A stretch of DNA of 36,145 nt from Octopus bimaculoides. Its lineage: Eukaryota. Both the position numbers and the translations under genes were made by a program. Positions 22,543 through 33,824 of this stretch are shown here, in pieces (position 1 is the stretch's first letter; every line of letters begins with the position of its first letter). The stretch is taken from contig NC_069003.1 of assembly GCF_001194135.2 (NCBI RefSeq), forward strand, positions 21,516,014 to 21,552,158, read 5' to 3'. The notes beneath the pieces were generated by a model. The model did no database searches. It had not been told where the DNA came from and saw nothing but the letters and a program-made list of their open reading frames with translations.

Positions 22543-22856
22543 GGGCGTTGTGAGTGTTTATTAAGCGAAAACACCTAAAGCTCCACGAGGCTCCGGCAGG
22601 GGATGGTGGTGAACCCTGCTGTACTCTTTCACCACAACTTTCTCTCACTCTTACTTCCTATGTCTGTTGTGCCTGTGATTCAAAGGGTCAACCTTGCCAC
22701 ACTGTGTCACGCTGAATATCCCCGAGAACTACGTTAAGGGTACACGTGTCTGTGGAGTGCTCAGCCAATTGCACGTTAATTTCACGAGCAGGCTGTTCCG
22801 TTGATCGGACCAACTGGAACCCTCGACGTCGTAAGCGACCGAGTGCCAACAACAAC
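22543..22856 (+). mobile_element. SINE family C, 5' end lost in the gap
   Basis: Near-identical to 10579-10890. Tail gccaacaacaac. Confidence 0.95.
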
Positions 22857-22864
22857 AGTGAAAC

Positions 22865-23409
22865 ACTGGTGTCAATGTACTCGACTATCCTCCTCCCCTA
22901 AACATTTTAGGCTTTGTGCCTGTAGTAGAAAGGATTATTATTATTATTATTATGGCTGCAAGCTGGCATAGTCATTAATACATCAGAGAAAATGCTAAGT
23001 GACATTTATTTCAGCTCTTTAAATTCTGAAATCAAATCCTGCTGAGGTCAACTTTGCCTATCATCTTTTTTGAGTTGACAACATAAGTACCAGTTATGTA
23101 CTGGGGTCGATGTAAATTGACTTCCCCTTCCCCTCAAAATTACTGGCCTTGTACCAAAATTTGAAGCTGTTATTAATATTTCTATTATTAAGGCAGCAAG
23201 CTTGCAGAACCATTAGTACGCTGGGCAAAATGCTTAGTGATATTTCATACGTCTTCACGTTCTGAGTTCAAATTCCACTGAAGCCTTTCATCCTTTTAGG
23301 TTCGATAAAATAACTATCAGCTGAATACAGAATTAATGTCATTGATGTATCTCCTCCCCTGAAATTGCTGGCCTTGTGCCAAAATTTGAAATCATTATTA
23401 TTATTATTA

Positions 23410-23447
<38 letters not shown>

Positions 23448-23728
23448 GAGTGAGAGAGCAGTGCATGCCATCAAAGTGACACTCGGGTAAAATATACGAA
23501 GCCCATTATTATTACTATTCTTAGGACAACAGATTGGCAGAATCGTTAGCAGATCAGGAAAAAAGTGCTTTCCTGCATTTGATCTGATTCTTAGTCTTCT
23601 GAGTTCAATTTCCACTAGGTTCAACTCTGCTTTTCGTCCCTCTAAGGTTGATAAAAAAGCATCAAGCAGTACTGGGGTTGATGGCATCTACTAACTCCTC
23701 CCTTCAAAAATTCTGGCTTTATGCCAAT
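22865..23728 (+). mobile_element. Head-to-tail train of family B SINEs: a tail plus three copies (about 22952, 23190, 23525)
   Basis: Each copy starts within or just after the (ATT)n tail of the previous one. Confidence 0.85.
23449..23506 (-). repeat. Terminal fragment of an unclassified repeat, partly related to 35095-35590
   Basis: gtgacactcgggtaaaatatacgaagccca is the reverse complement of tgggctttgtatatttgtaccccagtatcac at 35562-35592. Confidence 0.6.
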
Positions 23729-24130
23729 CTTTTGTCTTTTACGTGTTTCCGCCATATGGCTGTGGCCATGCTGGGGCACCACCTTGAGGAATTTTAGTTG
23801 AATCAATTGATCCCAGGACTTTTTTTTTTTTTAAGCCTGGAGCTTATTCTTTTGGTTTCTTTTGTTGAACTGCTAAGTTACAGAGAAATAAACACACAAA
23901 CACTGGTTGTCATGTGGTGGTGGGGAGTACAGATACAAGCATAAAGACACACACACACACATATATTTATACAATGGCTTTCTTTCAGTTTCTATCTACC
24001 AAATCCACTTACAAAGGTTTGGTGAGCCCAAACCTATGGAAGACACTTGCTCAAGGTGTCAGGTAATGGGACTGAACCCAGAACCATGCTGTTGGGAAGT
24101 AGACTTCTTACCACATAGCCACACCTGCAC
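23729..24130 (-). mobile_element. SINE family A
   Basis: gctgtggccatgctggggcacc ... cttcttaccacatagccacacctgc. Confidence 0.9.
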
Positions 24131-24174
24131 CTGTGTCAGAGTTTTTTTTTTTTTTTTTTTTTACATTTCTATAA

Positions 24175-24319
24175 AAGAAGGCAGTAAGCTGGTAGAAGCA
24201 ATGTAGCAGACAAAATGGTTTGCAGCATTTTTTCAAACTCTTTACACTCCATTTTCAATTCCTGCTGAAGTCAACTTTGCTTTCATCCCCCTGGGATCGA
24301 TAAAATAAAGTACCAGTGA
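24175..24319 (+). mobile_element. SINE family B running into a gap
   Basis: gaagtcaactttgctttcatccccctgggatcgataaaataaagtaccag. Confidence 0.8.
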
Positions 24320-25029
24320 NNNNNNNNNNNNNNNNNNNNNNNNNNNNNNNNNNNNNNNNNNNNNNNNNNNNNNNNNNNNNNNNNNNNNNNNNNNNNNNNN
24401 NNNNNNNNNNNNNNNNNNNNNNNNNNNNNNNNNNNNNNNNNNNNNNNNNNNNNNNNNNNNNNNNNNNNNNNNNNNNNNNNNNNNNNNNNNNNNNNNNNNN
24501 NNNNNNNNNNNNNNNNNNNNNNNNNNNNNNNNNNNNNNNNNNNNNNNNNNNNNNNNNNNNNNNNNNNNNNNNNNNNNNNNNNNNNNNNNNNNNNNNNNNN
24601 NNNNNNNNNNNNNNNNNNNNNNNNNNNNNNNNNNNNNNNNNNNNNNNNNNNNNNNNNNNNNNNNNNNNNNNNNNNNNNNNNNNNNNNNNNNNNNNNNNNN
24701 NNNNNNNNNNNNNNNNNNNNNNNNNNNNNNNNNNNNNNNNNNNNNNNNNNNNNNNNNNNNNNNNNNNNNNNNNNNNNNNNNNNNNNNNNNNNNNNNNNNN
24801 NNNNNNNNNNNNNNNNNNNNNNNNNNNNNNNNNNNNNNNNNNNNNNNNNNNNNNNNNNNNNNNNNNNNNNNNNNNNNNNNNNNNNNNNNNNNNNNNNNNN
24901 NNNNNNNNNNNNNNNNNNNNNNNNNNNNNNNNNNNNNNNNNNNNNNAAATTTGGAATGAACAGATAATTAAATGAGAACAAAAAAAATTGTGTGTGTGTG
25001 TGTATCTCTCTCTCTCTCTCTCTCTCTCT

Positions 25030-25071
<42 letters not shown>

Positions 25072-25394
25072 CACACACACAATATAGAAATCTTAATTTT
25101 ATCTGAATTTTAATTTTCACCTTTTGCTTTTTGGCTTTTTAATCAGCGACTTAATTATCCTTACTCCTGACGTGAAGGGAGGGAAAAACAAAACAAAAAA
25201 AACAACAACTCCATTACACTGCCACAAGAAATAATCAAAAATGAAGAAGAAAAGATGACATTGTGAATGAATGATACAACAATATATTAATGACAGGAGG
25301 GAAATAAAATTTCATTCTGAATCATAACTGAAATGGGCAGAAATGTTTGTCACCATTATAGACCATAATTAACCTTTGACTAGCACCTGGTAAC

Positions 25395-26195
25395 CATCAT
25401 CATTATTTTCGTCATCATTTACAGTTTGTTTTAGATGCTGGCATGGGTTGGACAGTTTAACAGGATCTAATGAGCAAGATGACTGCAACAAGCTCCAATG
25501 ACAGTTTTGGTACAGTTTTTTTTAGGTTGGATGTTCTTATTAATGCCGACCACATCACAGTGTGTACTGATTGCTTTTTTCATGGTGCCAGCACAATTAA
25601 GGTTGCCAAGTAACTCACAAGACAAAGAAAAAGACTCCTTAAGAGAGGAGAGTTGTTTTTGAGAAGGAGGAGATTTTATGTCAGGTGTTGAGAGGTTAAA
25701 ATATGATGAAAGGGACAAGAACAGGTGTCTTGTTATAATGGAGACAGCTCAGCTGAATGAAAAGACAGAAAAGAGATGGTAGTGATGAGGTGCCAGTGTT
25801 GGTGTGTTTGTGTTCCCATAACTTAATAGTTCGGGGGGGGGGGNNNNNNNNNNNNNNNNNNNNNNNNNNNNNNNNNNNNNNNNNNNNNNNNNNNNNNNNN
25901 NNNNNNNNNNNNNNNNNNNNNNNNNNNNNNNNNNNNNNNNNNNNNNNNNNNNNNNNNNNNNNNNNNNNNNNNNNNNNNNNNNNNNNNNNNNNNNNNNNNN
26001 NNNNNNNNNNNNNNNNNNNNNNNNNNNNNNNNNNNNNNNNNNNNNNNNNNNNNNNNNNNNNNNNNNNNNNNNNNNNNNNNNNNNNNNNNNNNNNNNNNNN
26101 NNNNNNNNNNNNNNNNNNNNNNNNNNNNNNNNNNNNNNNNNNNNNNNNNNNNNNNNNNNNNNNACGCAGTCTAATGACTGAAACAAGTAAACAAT
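25395..26195. mobile_element. Degenerate family D copy (-) followed by the family A 3' half (+) across a gap
   Basis: atgctggcatgggttggacagttt (family D). gccagtgttggtgtgttt..[gap]..gcagtctaatgactgaaacaag (family A). Confidence 0.65.
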
Positions 26196-26752
26196 AAAAG
26201 AAGATAGATAGCTGGAGGGAGGGGGAGAGGGAGAGGGAGGGAGACGGAGGGAGAGAGCGGGGGAGAAGGAAAGAGAATAATGATATCAATTAAAAGTGAA
26301 AGTTAGAACAGCTGACCCAAGAAGGGAGCAGACACTAGGGGCTGTATATATCAAATTAAATATCACAAAAAAGAGAGAGAGATTGATGTCTCACCTCAAG
26401 TAATTGTCAGTCCTTAAGGGATTTACCTGTCAACAACATGGGCCAATAGACTGGGTGGGGAGGTTAATGATCTGATTAATAACGGCATGATGGAAACATT
26501 AGAATGTCAGGCACATTGGAGTGTCTTGTGGTGTTTAGTTACATTTCAACTCTTTACATTCTGAGATCAAATCTCACCATGGTCAACTTTCACCTTTCAG
26601 AATTGGTAAAACAAAATACCTGTCAGTCAGAGGACCTAATATTATTAATAATTCATAAGTAATACCTTCCTTGCTAATTACTGAAAACAAAATCCTTGGT
26701 TTGAGAGTAACCCCGTCTTTTTCCTTACTTCTTCCAACCTTGGAAACTTTAA

Positions 26753-26963
26753 CCCTTTAACATTTAAATCGGCTATATCCGGCTAAAATATTCTACCTAC
26801 TTTATGTTCAAACTGACTGGGTTTGGTTTCCTCACACTTACCCTACAATGTCATTCTAAAAATAAACCATCACATCACTGAAATCTTAAAGCTACAAGAT
26901 TAACTTAGAACAATGTAAATAAATAGGGATTACACTTAATGGAATAATCTGAATGCTAAAGAG
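26753..26963 (+). mobile_element. piggyBac-type MITE family F
   Basis: ttaa|ccctttaacatt ... ctgaatgctaaagag. Colinear with 16252-16471. Confidence 0.8.
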
Positions 26964-27334
26964 TTGTGGGTGCTGAACTTCCTTCTCAAACCAAAAAATC
27001 AAAAGAGGATGTTGCTGCTGCTTAATCCTAGTTAAGCAGATCTGTTTATTATCAAAGACGATTCAACATTGCCCATCCAGTCTTTTCAAACAATTTCTCT
27101 CAAATTATCAAATGTATCAAATAATATGCCCAAGCACCTCCACTACTTTGTTTTAAAGATTGCTGAACTGGGGTTCTCAACAGTTTTGTAATACAGTGGC
27201 CCTTTTCACTATATGAGGTTTACAAATAACCATATTCTATGATTTGTGACAAAAAAAAAAAAATAGGAAGAAAGGAAACAAATGTAAATCAGCAGTTATT
27301 TTAATCCAACAGAAGCTAATCCTGTACAGTGGCT

Positions 27335-27605
27335 TATTATCCAAATCATATCATGCTGGCACCATATAAAAGGCATTCATGCTGGTGCCATGTAAAGTGC
27401 ATTCATACTGGCAACAAGTAAAGAACAAGCATGCCAGCACCCAGCACACTCTGCAAAGTGGTTGGTGTTAGGAAGGGCGTCCAGCCATAGAAACCAAGCC
27501 AAAACAGACAGTCGGAGCCTGGACAGCTCTCTGGCTGGCCAGCTCCTGTCAAACCATCCAACCTAAGCCAGCATGGAAAACATATGTTAAACAGTGATGA
27601 TGATA
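27335..27605 (+). mobile_element. Retroposon family D
   Basis: gtggttggtgttaggaagggcgtccagccatagaaac ... gccagcatggaaaac..gttaaacagtgatgatgat, with internal ~30-bp tandem units. Confidence 0.85.
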
Positions 27606-28545
27606 TAATTGTCTCTAGATTGAGCTGCTTTTTAGATATTTGCTAGAACTTGTGTTCCTAGAAATAACTAAAGGAGATGAAAATTTATATAATAAAAGCA
27701 TATTTAATCTTGGTGCGTCATCAATCAAACTTCTACTCACTGAATACACAATGTCCAATGCATATGTTAATCCCAACAAAGATTTTTTTCGAAAATGTGT
27801 TTAAATTATTGAACCTGGTCTAAATAATTTATTTCTAAGAAATGTAATGGCCCTGCTTCCCATAAACATGCAGCATCTCTTAGTAACCCCTTAATATTTA
27901 ACATCTTCTTGTGAGCTTACAACTCCCCAAAGAACCATTGTGGTATAGTGATAAGAAAGAAACATTTGACTGTTATTTCTAGCAAATGGAATAATGACCT
28001 TGTGCAGGCTCTCCATGTACTCAATGTCTGATAATCTCAACAAGATTCAAGCTAAACCAATATTTAATCTGTTCGTGACTAGATTTCTAATGAGATACAC
28101 TATCCAACATTTCAATTAATTTGGAAACTAATAATGATAATAAAAAAAAAATTAAAAAGCTTTACTAAAATTAATTATTCTTTCCATTACGAAATTGGTG
28201 TTGAGTTCTTATATATATTTATGAAGGAAGGTTTTTGAAATGGAAAGTTTAGAACCAGAAGCTGTCTCTGGTGGATTTGGTATCAAAGGAAAAAGAGAAG
28301 ATTTAACAGCAAAATGAATAAACTGAGCAAATTCTCTTTACACAACCTTTTTCTCAGTTCTCTCAGAAGTCAAAAGTGGAAATTTGTCTGAGATTATTTG
28401 GTTAGTAGTAAATAGGAAATCAGATCTTAAGTATATAGTAGTCTAGATTTACTAAAAAGTGCTTACAGAACATCATTCAACCAATGTGAGACCAAGAAGG
28501 ATAGAAATTCAACTCTTTTGATACCAACCTGTTCGAGACTGCTCC

Positions 28546-28930
28546 TGTTGTTGGCACTCTGTCGCTTACGACGTCGAGGGTTCCAGTTGATCCGATCAAC
28601 AGAACAGCCTACTCGTGAAATTAACGTGCAAGTGGCTGAGCACTCCACAGACACGTGTACCCTTAACGTAGTTCTCGGGGATATTCAGCGTGACACAGTG
28701 TGACAAGGCTGACCCTTTGAAATACAGGCACAACAGAAACAGGAAGAAAGAGTGAGAGAAAGTTGTGGTGAAAGAGTACAGCAGGGTTCGCCACCATCCC
28801 CTGCCGGAGCCTCGTGGAGCTTTAGGTGTTTTCGCTCAATAAACACTCACAACGCCCGGTCTGGGAATCGAAACCGTGATCCTATGACCGCGAGTCCGCT
28901 GCCCTAACCACTGGGCCATTGTGCCTCCAC
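28546..28930 (-). mobile_element. Young SINE family C, full length
   Basis: Reverse complement of 10509-10890. TSD gagactgctcc (28535-28545) / gagactgatcc (28932-28942). Confidence 0.95.
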
Positions 28931-29039
28931 TGAGACTGATCCTACACACTTCATATTTTAAAGTGATCTAAATCAAAACATTCCAACAGAATTTCATGTT
29001 AATTTATGTTCTAAACACCAGCTTAATAATAATTTTTTT

Positions 29040-29125
29040 TTGGTGCAGCCTTCCAGCTTGTTAGCCATGGTCAAACCATCCAACCCATGCCAGCATGGAC
29101 AACGGATGTTAAATGATGACGATGA
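29040..29125 (+). mobile_element. Family D 3' fragment
   Basis: gtcaaaccatccaacccatgccagcatggacaacggatgttaaatgatgacgatga. Confidence 0.85.
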
Positions 29126-29424
29126 ATTCAAAATTAATTGAAACAAAGGCAGTGTATTCCAACAGTAATATAGGAAGAAAAGGATTAAGTTAATAAACAC
29201 AATGGATTCTGGCTCAATCCCTTACAGCCGGTACTTTTGGATCGGGTCGGACTGGATTGCCCATGTCCAGTCCAGTGAAGAATGAAGGCCTCAGCATGTT
29301 CTCTCCACCAGCTACAATCTGGTCTGGAGGTCATTGATTTGAACTTGAAATCATACAGGCTCGGTGAGCCTACTCTGTACCAAACTGGTTCAACATGGCC
29401 TGGCAGAGGGATACAGTTTTTTAT

Positions 29425-29995
29425 ACTCTTACACAGGAGTAGTTAAGTCAGTTCCAACAACCCAAATGCTCAAATGGTATTTATTTTATCGACCACCAAG
29501 AGGACAGAAGGCAAAGACAGCTATGGCAGAATTTGAACTCAGAAAGTAAGGACAAATAAACTACTGCTAAGCATTTCCCACAGTATGCTAATGATATTGC
29601 CAGCTTACCAGCATATGACTTCTAAATATGTGTTTCTAATTTATGCACAAGATCAAGAATTTTGATGGAAAGTGGAGAGTTAGTCGATACCACTGACACC
29701 CAGTTCTATATCATAAACACTGGAAGGATAAAATGCAGAGCTGACCAAGGCAGTATTTGAACTCAGAATAAAAACAGCTGAAATAAACATATTACATGCG
29801 ATTTTTTTCCAGTACACAAGTGATTGTTATTGTAAATTAGCAGAGTTGGTAGAGCATCAAATAAAATGCCTTGTAGTATGTAGCCTGGCTTTTGGGGTTC
29901 AGTGTTCAAATCCTGCTGAGGCCAACTTCAGCTTTCATTCTTCTGGGGGCAATAAAAGTACCAACCTAGATTGGTGGAATCTATCACCCCCGCCC
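29425..29995. mobile_element. Cluster of three degenerate family B SINEs (-, -, +)
   Basis: Repeated gaatttgaactcagaa or gttcaaatcctgctgaggccaac cores near 29530, 29755 and 29905. Confidence 0.75.
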
Positions 29996-29997
29996 AA

Positions 29998-30217
29998 CCC
30001 TTCAGCATTTAAACCAGCTGTATCAGACCCAAATATTCTACCTGCTTTATGTGCATACTGGACATATCTGACCTGTCACACCTATCCTACAATGGCATTC
30101 AAAAAATACACAATCACACCTTTGGGATCTCAAAGCTATAAGATAATGCAGGATTAATTCAAAACAACACAAATAAATAAACAACATATTTAACCAAGAA
30201 ATCTGAATGCTAAAGGG
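29998..30217 (+). mobile_element. piggyBac-type MITE family F
   Basis: ccaa|cccttcagcatt ... aatgctaaaggg|ttaa. Confidence 0.8.
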
Positions 30218-30229
30218 TTAACATCTATT

Positions 30230-30620
30230 TCTAACTTAGGTAGGCACGACACCTAAAATTTAGGGGTTGAAGTAGGGGTGGGGGTAATAACTGATTATAC
30301 AAATCCCATTTGTTGACTGGTACTTTAAAGACAAAAACTGACCTTGGCAGGATTTCGGCTCGGAACAAAAAGAGCTGGAATAAATACTGCCAAACATTTT
30401 CCTTCCCAATGCTCTAACAATTCTGTCCACATACCACCAACCTAAACACAGGAATCTTTTTATCCTTTTCATTTTTTGTCATTGTCATCATTTAATGTTC
30501 GTTTTCCATGGTGGCATGGGTTGGACATTTTGACAGGTGCTGGTGAGCTGGAGGGCTGCACCAGGCTCTAGTCATCTGTCTTGGCATGCTTTCTATAGCT
30601 GGATGCCTTTCCTAACACAA
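30230..30620 (-). mobile_element. Degenerate family B (30230-30430) and family D (30478-30620) copies
   Basis: aaactgaccttggcaggatt (family B). tttccatggtggcatgggttggac..gctggatgcctttcctaac (family D). Confidence 0.75.
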
Positions 30621-30904
30621 ACTGAAACAGAATTTCTATCTTAGATTTTTATTTATTTATTTTTCTTTTACCTTTTACTTGTTTCAGTCATTTGATTGTG
30701 GCCATGCTGGGGCACTGCCTTGAAGAATTTTTAGTCGAATGAATCGACCCCAGTATTTATTTTTTTTTTTTTTTTAAAGCCTGGCACTTATTCCATCAGT
30801 CTCTTTTGCCAAACCACTACATTATGGAGACATCAATACATCAATACCAGTTGTCAAATGGTGATGGGTGACAAATGTAGACAGAAAGACACACACAACA
30901 CACA

Positions 30905-31101
30905 CGTCCGGCATTCGCCATGATAGATCGCTGACCACTACATTTCTATTTTTTTTCTCTCCTTGTTTCTTTCTGTGTTCCTTTCAGTTGAAGAGCGTAG
31001 GTTCGAAACGTTAAAGACTCTCTATTCCCAAGCGTTATACTAATACATCCATTTGTTGTTTACACCACCTGTCTTCGTCTGTTGTTTTTTTCGTAAATTC
31101 T

Positions 31102-31104
<3 letters not shown>
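30905..31104 (+). mobile_element. Penelope-like repeat family P1 inserted in the SINE-A microsatellite
   Basis: Reverse-complement homologue of 1857-2037. 3' end gtaaattctcc|(TA)n. Confidence 0.65.
30981..31016 (+). ncRNA. Degenerate minimal hammerhead-like motif
   Basis: cuuu-CAGUUGA-A-GAGC-GUAG-GUUC-GAAAC-GUU-aaag. 4-bp stem I, but two core substitutions. Confidence 0.45.
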
Positions 31105-31149
<45 letters not shown>

Positions 31150-31886
31150 TACATACATACATACGATAGGCTTCTTTCAGTTCTTGTCTACCAAATCCAC
31201 TCACAAGGCTTTGGTTGGCCTGGGGCTATAGTAGAAGATACTTGCCCAAGGTGCCATGCAGTGGGGCTGAACCCAGAACCATATAGTTGGGAAGCAAGCT
31301 TCTTACCAAACAGCCATACCCTATATTTTTTATTTTTGTTTTTTTTTTTTACTTTCCTATTCATCTTCTCTACTTTGGTTAGATGGCTTTGTTCAAAACA
31401 GTGGTACTTTCTTGGTTTCCATTGTTTAATAAGTGACTTTATTGCTTGTTCGTTTGTCCCTCCACCATCACCACCACATATTTTACTTGCAAAACAGCAT
31501 GTCAAACGAAACTAAGTAGAAAGGAGATTAATGGATGTTATAAAGAGGCTGTTACATGCAGAGGAAAATTGCCAAGTTTAGAGACAGCCCTTGGCACATA
31601 AACCACGAGAAGAAGAAACAGCAACAAATTCCACCCTGACCATTGAACTGAAATTCGAAGTTTTCCTTAAATTAAAAGTGATAGCAGACTTCTTAACAAT
31701 TGTTTCTTCAGTGTTTTGGTGTCAGTTATTAAATGTGGGGGTCCTAAATTGGCAAATTTTTTTTTTGTAGATACACTGATGGTTTCTCTAGGTAATTCAC
31801 CTCTGACATGATTAGTATTATGGTCTACTGGTCTACATTACTGACAGACATCAATATTATAAAAGAAATCATTATTATTATTATTA

Positions 31887-32272
31887 CATTCTGAGGTCAA
31901 ATTCCACCGAAGTCGACTTTACCATTCAGGGTCAATAAAATAAGTACCAGCTGAGTATGGGGGTCAATGTAATAGACTTACTCCTCCCCACAAACTCGCT
32001 GGCCTTGAGCCAAAATTTGAAACCATTATTATTATTATTATTATTATTAAGACAGAGAGCTGGCAAAATTGTTAGCACACCAGGCGAAATGCTTAGCAGC
32101 ATTTCATCCATCTTTACATTCGAGTTCAAATTCCGCCAAGGTCAACTTAGACTTTCATCCTTTCGATGTTGATAAATTAAGTACCAGTCAAGTACTGGGG
32201 TCGGTGTGATCAGCCATCCTCCTCCCCTGAAATTCCAGGCCTTGTGCCTATAGTAGAAAGGATTATTATTAT
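31887..32272 (+). mobile_element. Two head-to-tail family B SINEs
   Basis: A 5'-truncated copy at 31887-32049 and a full copy at 32050-32272 starting in its (ATT)n tail. Confidence 0.9.
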
Positions 32273-32449
32273 GATAAAAGACATAATAGAAATCATTATA
32301 CACCAGTAATTGGGATTCTGTTATTGATAATCTGACAAAGGGCATAGGATTGACAAAATCCTTGGAGCATTTCTTCAAGGAATTAATATTCTTGGTTCAA
32401 ATCCCACTGAGTTAACTTGGAATTTCATCCCTTTTAAAGTCAATAAAAT

Positions 32450-32707
32450 CAGGGCTGTGGAGTCAGAGTCGTGAAGTTGGAAACAAGAGGTAGCTGGAGT
32501 TGGAGTCATAGTTAGTAAAACTATACCGACTCTAACATCTTTATTCTTTAATATGAACCAGTTATAACATATAGGCCTACTCAAAGTACAAGCCTATGCA
32601 TATGCTTTATGAGATATGTAGACCGCAATCACTTAATTACATAAAGAGGAGTCCAACTTGGAGGTGCCGCCAGAGTTGAAGTTTTTTGTTTCGATTCCAC
32701 AGCCCTA
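32450..32707. mobile_element. hAT MITE (258 bp) inserted in a degenerate family B SINE
   Basis: TIRs cagggctgtggagtc / gattccacagcccta. TSD aataaaat (32442-32449) / actaaaat (32708-32715). Confidence 0.85.
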
Positions 32708-33824
32708 ACTAAAATAACATATTAATCAAATACAGGCATCAGTGGTACTGACAAGCCCCTTTCACTTATAACTTCAAACCATTGTCCCTTACAGACAATT
32801 TTCACTAATATGGTAAATATAGAAAGATTTTTTCAATGAGGAGGGTTAATAATACTGAAACATGTCCAGAGTTGTCTCCCTTACTTATTAAAATCAGATA
32901 AAATCAAAATTGGTCCTAGAACTAATGTTTTCTTCTCCTCACCACATAACTATTATCAGCTAAGTAAGAAGTTTCTTCTCACAACATTAACTATGACAAA
33001 CCTTAACTATTTTATTATATTCCATTCTACAACATGAGGAAATGATTTATTAACTGCTCCAATGATAACAGATCAAATAACTTTTATAGAATGTTGCCCC
33101 TGTATTTATTTTTTGCAACAATAATTTGAGGGAAGATGCATTAAATAGGTTAGTAGGTCGAGTAATAAGAAGCAGCTCTTCCCTCGATTAATGCCTTCTA
33201 TTAGTTTCGACTTTTATTTCATTGGTAGATAACTGGAGAGAATGGGAAAATGTTTAAATTTAGCAGCCAAGCCAAGAAATCAACAATTCAACACTGTCTT
33301 TTTTTTCCTTCTTTCTACTTCATCTCCAAGCCTGCCAATTTATCTAACGATATTGCGTTGCTGTTCTGTGAACAGCAACAAACTGACTGGGATAATTAGC
33401 ATTGAAAGACGACTGCATTTATTCAAAGCAAATTAAAATTGGAAATCGCATTACCGTGAATGCATTGAAATCAATCCCATTCTAAATTATTCCTAATACA
33501 CTCACACATATATACACTCACACTGAAACAAAACCATATACATACACATATATACATGTAAACATGCAAACATACATCACCATTGTCATCATAATGATGA
33601 TCATTTTACATCATATTTCTTTTCATGCTGGACTAGGTTTTATGGCTTGTTGTGGTGCACGTCCTCTTTGCACACGTGGCAACAGAAAAATTTGGCTTTG
33701 TTTAATGTCCTACATTGTGAACTGAGATGTATTACATCAGGCCACTAACACCAAAGAGTGGGTGATCCTTGTGCAGAGGACCAACACACCCACTTCCTTC
33801 AGTTAATCACCTTCTCCCGACTAA

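Larger units (their letters stand above)
30665..31321 (-). mobile_element. SINE family A interrupted by a P1 insertion
   Basis: Reverse-complement 3' half at 30665-30900 and 5' half at 31165-31321. Confidence 0.9.

Noticed and set aside
28219-28315. Short protein-like frame RKVFEMESLEPEAVSGGFGIKGKREDLTAK*
   Set aside because: No convincing splice sites, too short, and no family recognised.
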